A DNA stretch of 26,747 nt, taken from IMG/VR virus record IMGVR_UViG_3300032329_000629, positions 1 through 26,747 of that record; one strand, written 5' to 3'. The notes under the pieces were generated by a model. It was given only the letters and a program-made list of their open reading frames with translations. It was not told the DNA's origin and did no database searches. How positions within the stretch are numbered: the first letter of the stretch is position 1; every line of letters starts with the position of its first letter. This DNA is from a virus (Duplodnaviria; Caudoviricetes). The translations under genes and the position numbers were made by a program. This document shows, in pieces, positions 23,405 to 26,747 of this stretch.

Positions 23405-23970
23405 AATTGATATGCCTCATTGTATTGGGCCGCATTGGTTGAGCGGTAACCCAAGTTTTTAAATTTTTCAACACAAGAGGAGTGTTTTTGACCTTTTGTA
23501 AAAACTCCATCTGAATGCAGAACCTCAAACTCTATTCTTTGAATCTTATATTTCTTTATATCTAGCCCAAGAATTATATCACAATCTAGTCCCTCAGTGT
23601 CTATGTAAAGCCGGTCGCATTCTGTAATTTTGTTTAAATCAAAGAAGTCGGCAAGAGACAAGGCCGGGACACTTATTGTATTGAAGTCTGCGTGGCCATG
23701 TTCAACCAAGTGATTGATAAAAGTCGAGGCATGTTCATTAAATGATTTTGATTTTGGAATATGAATGTTTATGAATTGATCATTATTTGCCACGATCGCA
23801 AGGTTATGAAATCTTGCCTGATGAAAATCCGAGTATGTTTGTTTGCAATCCTCGAGGGCTTCTAAATTAGGCTCTATAAGATGAATTTCTTTAATGCATT
23901 TATTGTTTTTAAAGCAAAAATCTAGGACATGATCCCTGCCGTTGTTGCACCCAATTTGAACAACAATCAT
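23401..23970 (-). CDS. FkbM-family SAM-dependent methyltransferase
   Basis: VQIGCNNG (motif I), LIEPN, NLAI, LYIDTEGLDCDII and IEFE. Confidence 0.88.
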   Translation of the reverse strand: MIVVQIGCNNGRDHVLDFCFKNNKCIKEIHLIEPNLEALEDCKQTYSDFHQARFHNLAIVANNDQFINIHIPKSKSFNEHASTFINHLVEHGHADFNTISVPALSLADFFDLNKITECDRLYIDTEGLDCDIILGLDIKKYKIQRIEFEVLHSDGVFTKGQKHSSCVEKFKNLGYRSTNAAQYNEAYQL

Positions 23971-23972
23971 AA

Positions 23973-25670
23973 TTAAAAGATGGGCGCACCGTTGCGCTCC
24001 TTAAATATTTTCTCTCCCTGCTCGTAGTTTTCTTTTGCGTTGTGGCGCTTAAATTCTTCGTCTTGCGGTGCGCCGGTGAAGAATGGGTTGTTATGTTTGA
24101 AAACCACGTCTTTCGCGTCCACGATCACGCCGTCAAATTTTGCCCTTTGGCTGAATTCGTTATCGGAAAAGATTCCCGAGCATTGATCGTATTCAGCCGC
24201 AAACATGGCGCCCTGATCGTCTAGTCTTGCCCGGGTCATGATTGCCATACACAGCAGGTCGTCCTGGCGGTGGCCGTCGCTGATTGCCAAAACCTTTGGC
24301 TTGCTGGTATCGCCTAGCCTATCGATCAGGATCTGATCCCAGTGCAGCGGCGGATCCCAATCGTCGGAACCTTGCAAGATGATCTCGCCTTGCGCCACGG
24401 CGGCCGCCCTGTTCCAAGCGGCGATGCAGCTCCCCTTCCCCATAATCGGCCCCCACGGTTTGAGCGTCTTCGCCTTGTCATCGTCGTCGTCGCATGAAAA
24501 GATCCACTCGACGGCCGCCGGATCGGCCGCCTTTTTCATCCACAGGATCCGGGCGTTGATCGCTTCCTGTGGGCGCCCGCGCGTGGCGTGACAGATTGAG
24601 ATTTTGATTGGACGAATTTTTCGCCAGCTCGCCCATACGCGGTCGGCCTCTTCGTTGTCACCGATTGCCCGGCAGGCTGAAATATAAAGATCAGTACATT
24701 CAAAATCGTAAACAATACGCTGGGCGTTCCACACCTTCACGCCCGGATCGGGTTGCACCATGGCGGATTTTAATAAGTGATACGCCTTGCCCCAAGCCCC
24801 TGCGCTAGCTTCCTCTCTTGCCAAATAGTAAATTGCTTCCCTGCGTCCAGGATTCATTTCATGCGCTTTTTGATATAAAGAAATTCGAGCTGCACGATCT
24901 GCCGTGGCTGTGGCCTGATTGCATGCAGATTCATAAGCAAGAGTTTCTTCTTGTCCTGGCCAAACAGCGGCAACGTGTGACCACGGCTCGGATTCTGCAC
25001 GCCGATTCCCTAAGAAAAGTTCCTGCTGATAATAGTACGCGTACTTGCCAGCCTCGCTTAGTTGCGCTTTGAGAATGCGCAGATTCCGATCAGCGCTTCC
25101 CTGCTTGTATCCGCCCGGGTGATGCTCAACCCAAACAGCCTGTTCTCCGATTGAAGTCAATCCCGGAAGCGGTAACAGCGCCTCATGTACGGCGTAGTTC
25201 CATCGGCCCGTCCATCCGCTTTCGATTTTCTTGACCATCCGTTCCCGTACTGGGGTCAGTTTGGCGTTTAAAACCGCATAAACTCCGGCATAGATGCCGA
25301 CCTTCGGATCGGATTCAAACGCCGCCACGGCCCGTTTAAACGCGTTTTTTAGGTCTTTATGGGGTAGGTCATCGCAGTCGACCCATACGGCATAGTCCCC
25401 GGAGCAGGCGTCCAGTGCCTTATTGCGAGCGGCTGCAAAGTTGTCGATGTGCGGCCAATCGGCTCCCGCCGATGCGTTGTGATATTCTGTGATGACGGCC
25501 CCAGCCTTTTCAGCGATCGCTCTGGTGCCGTCGTCCGGCCGGGATCCCTGCGCCATGCAGACGACCAGTTCATCGCAGAACGGCTTGAATGCGGAGAGGC
25601 AGCGTTCCATGAATGCGGCCTCATGGCCTGCAATCATGTAAATTGAAATTTTAGGATTTCGGGTGGCCAC
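23973..25670 (-). CDS. Two-domain glycosyltransferase: GT2 - TPR - second GT-A domain
   Basis: N-term ISIYMIA...DELVV...DDGT...NFAAARNKALD...WVDCDD...VHEAL; TPR-like YYYQQEL, YQKAHEMNPGRREAIYYLA; C-term ISICHATRGRP...CDDDD...AAWNRAA...GSDDW...FSDNEF. Confidence 0.9.
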   Translation of the reverse strand: MATRNPKISIYMIAGHEAAFMERCLSAFKPFCDELVVCMAQGSRPDDGTRAIAEKAGAVITEYHNASAGADWPHIDNFAAARNKALDACSGDYAVWVDCDDLPHKDLKNAFKRAVAAFESDPKVGIYAGVYAVLNAKLTPVRERMVKKIESGWTGRWNYAVHEALLPLPGLTSIGEQAVWVEHHPGGYKQGSADRNLRILKAQLSEAGKYAYYYQQELFLGNRRAESEPWSHVAAVWPGQEETLAYESACNQATATADRAARISLYQKAHEMNPGRREAIYYLAREEASAGAWGKAYHLLKSAMVQPDPGVKVWNAQRIVYDFECTDLYISACRAIGDNEEADRVWASWRKIRPIKISICHATRGRPQEAINARILWMKKAADPAAVEWIFSCDDDDDKAKTLKPWGPIMGKGSCIAAWNRAAAVAQGEIILQGSDDWDPPLHWDQILIDRLGDTSKPKVLAISDGHRQDDLLCMAIMTRARLDDQGAMFAAEYDQCSGIFSDNEFSQRAKFDGVIVDAKDVVFKHNNPFFTGAPQDEEFKRHNAKENYEQGEKIFKERNGAPIF

Positions 25671-25672
25671 GT

Positions 25673-25972
25673 TTAAACCTCTCGAAGTCCTAGCACGTAG
25701 CTGCCTATCGATGTATCAATCGACGCCACCCGATAGCTGACCGAGTTGGCCAAAAGAATGGAACCGATCGTCGGAGCTGTGGCCATGTTTGCCACGTCGA
25801 TGGTGAACGTTGAATTTAGATCCAAATCAAAACCGCCTAGCTCGACGTTTTCCTTGCGTGAGATTGTGGACAGGATCCCGGTGACGCTTGTGGATCCGAT
25901 GGTGGCGGCGGTGCCGGTCTGGGTGTAAAGAGCCGCCAGACTTTCCTTCAGGCATTCAGTAAATTCAGACAT
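25673..25972 (-). CDS. Head-tail joining/closure protein (gpFII-like)
   Basis: 99 aa; VTGIL...ELGGF...PTIGSILLANSVSYRVASI; directly after the capsid gene. Confidence 0.72.
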   Translation of the reverse strand: MSEFTECLKESLAALYTQTGTAATIGSTSVTGILSTISRKENVELGGFDLDLNSTFTIDVANMATAPTIGSILLANSVSYRVASIDTSIGSYVLGLREV

Positions 25973-25994
25973 TTGAGGATTTCTTAAAGTGGAA

Positions 25995-26024
25995 AGGGCG
26001 GTGAGCCTTTCAGCCCACCGCCCT
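25995..26024 (-). terminator. Stem-loop (weak intrinsic terminator/attenuator) after the major capsid gene
   Basis: AGGGCGGTGGGCT-GAAA-GGCTCACCGCCCT (13-bp stem with two G-U pairs, GNRA loop) followed by the imperfect U-tract TTCCACTTT. Confidence 0.75.
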
Positions 26025-26035
26025 CCCCGGGTGAA

Positions 26036-26747
26036 TTAGCTGCCGTTGATACGCACGAGGCTGTTCGGTTCGCCGGCCTTCACGCCGTAGATCAGCGCGT
26101 AGGTGCGTTGGAGAAGTCCGAGCCGGACGTCATAGCTCTCGCGAACCATGACAGAAAGTCCGGTGCGGGGTTCAGTCACCACGCTGATGTCGCCGGGGAT
26201 CGGGACGCCAGTGGGGACTTCAGGAACGCGGGCTGCGATCAAGAGCGCCTCACGCTGGGCGAAGAATCCGCCAAGGGTGATGCTGTTGGAAGGCACCGCG
26301 CTGTACATGTTGATGTTGAAACCAGCAACGGATCCGATGCCAGCCGTGCGAGCCTGTTCACCGCTGATCTGAGCGTTCGCCACGATGGTCGAATCATTCA
26401 AGAGCCGACCATAGAACGAAGGAGCGAGAACCGCGTACCGATCGTGCTGGGGAACGTTATTGTTGTTGAGGGTGATCCCAGCCGACACCACGGAGGCGTA
26501 GCTGAAGGTCGCCGAGCTCTGCGTGAGCGCGGAGGTGAAGCTGCTGGAAGTAACGAGCGCGAGCAGGTCACCGACCATCTGCAACCCGAGAGCGTGAGCG
26601 GCCGCACCTGCGAACCGTTCGATTAGGTTGATGTTGGAGCTGGTACGCTCTTGATCGTCCACCGAATACGAAACGTGTTTAAATTTGTTCAGAGTGATCT
26701 GAACGTCGGTCTGTGTGGTAGCTGTCGCCACGTAGCCGTTTGCCTGC
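26036..26747 (-). CDS. Major capsid protein, C-terminal part (P22 coat/HK97 fold; truncated at the right end)
   Basis: Frame open to the window edge; VQITLNKFKHVSYSVDD, LNNNNVPQHDRYAVLAP, GIGSVAGFNI, EALLIAAR, TGLSV and LIYGVK are typical of P22 gp5-like coats. Confidence 0.9.
   Translation of the reverse strand, partial: QANGYVATATTQTDVQITLNKFKHVSYSVDDQERTSSNINLIERFAGAAAHALGLQMVGDLLALVTSSSFTSALTQSSATFSYASVVSAGITLNNNNVPQHDRYAVLAPSFYGRLLNDSTIVANAQISGEQARTAGIGSVAGFNINMYSAVPSNSITLGGFFAQREALLIAARVPEVPTGVPIPGDISVVTEPRTGLSVMVRESYDVRLGLLQRTYALIYGVKAGEPNSLVRINGS

Noticed and set aside
21943-25670. Classical O-antigen seroconversion (gtrABC) or DNA glucosylation locus
   Set aside because: No membrane flippase or polytopic transferase, not located by attP, and no hydroxymethylase partner; the position in the late structural operon fits virion modification better. 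Disfavoured rather than excluded.

Overview
This window is most of the genome of a temperate, lambda/siphovirus-like tailed phage in its non-integrated form (attP intact). Both ends are truncated: the left end is inside the terminase large subunit and the right end is inside the major capsid gene, so the portal/protease region lies outside the window. Almost all genes are on the minus strand. In transcription order (right to left) they are: capsid, head-tail connector, a four-gene glycosylation/methylation cassette (GT2-TPR-GT2, FkbM, GT77-like, GT47/exostosin-like), tail genes with a -1 frameshifted chaperone pair, tape measure, tail tip/fibre and LamG proteins, lysis cassette (holin-like, spanin pair, M15 endolysin), and a phosphoesterase group. 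Next come two divergent ribbon-helix-helix genes missed by the ORF track, an Xis-like gene, a plus-strand tyrosine integrase and a tRNA-Pro-derived attP. A translationally coupled recombination/replication operon (Vsr-like nuclease, SSB, PD-(D/E)XK exonuclease, primase-helicase) and the terminase genes follow. Most notable: (1) a probable virion-glycosylation system inside the morphogenesis operon; (2) a candidate lysis-lysogeny switch built from two RHH proteins with 11-bp-phased boxes; (3) an attP that would separate the replication operon from its upstream promoters on integration; (4) a TTGACAC motif 12-15 nt before several late-gene start codons. All family assignments come from motif recognition by eye, not from database searches.
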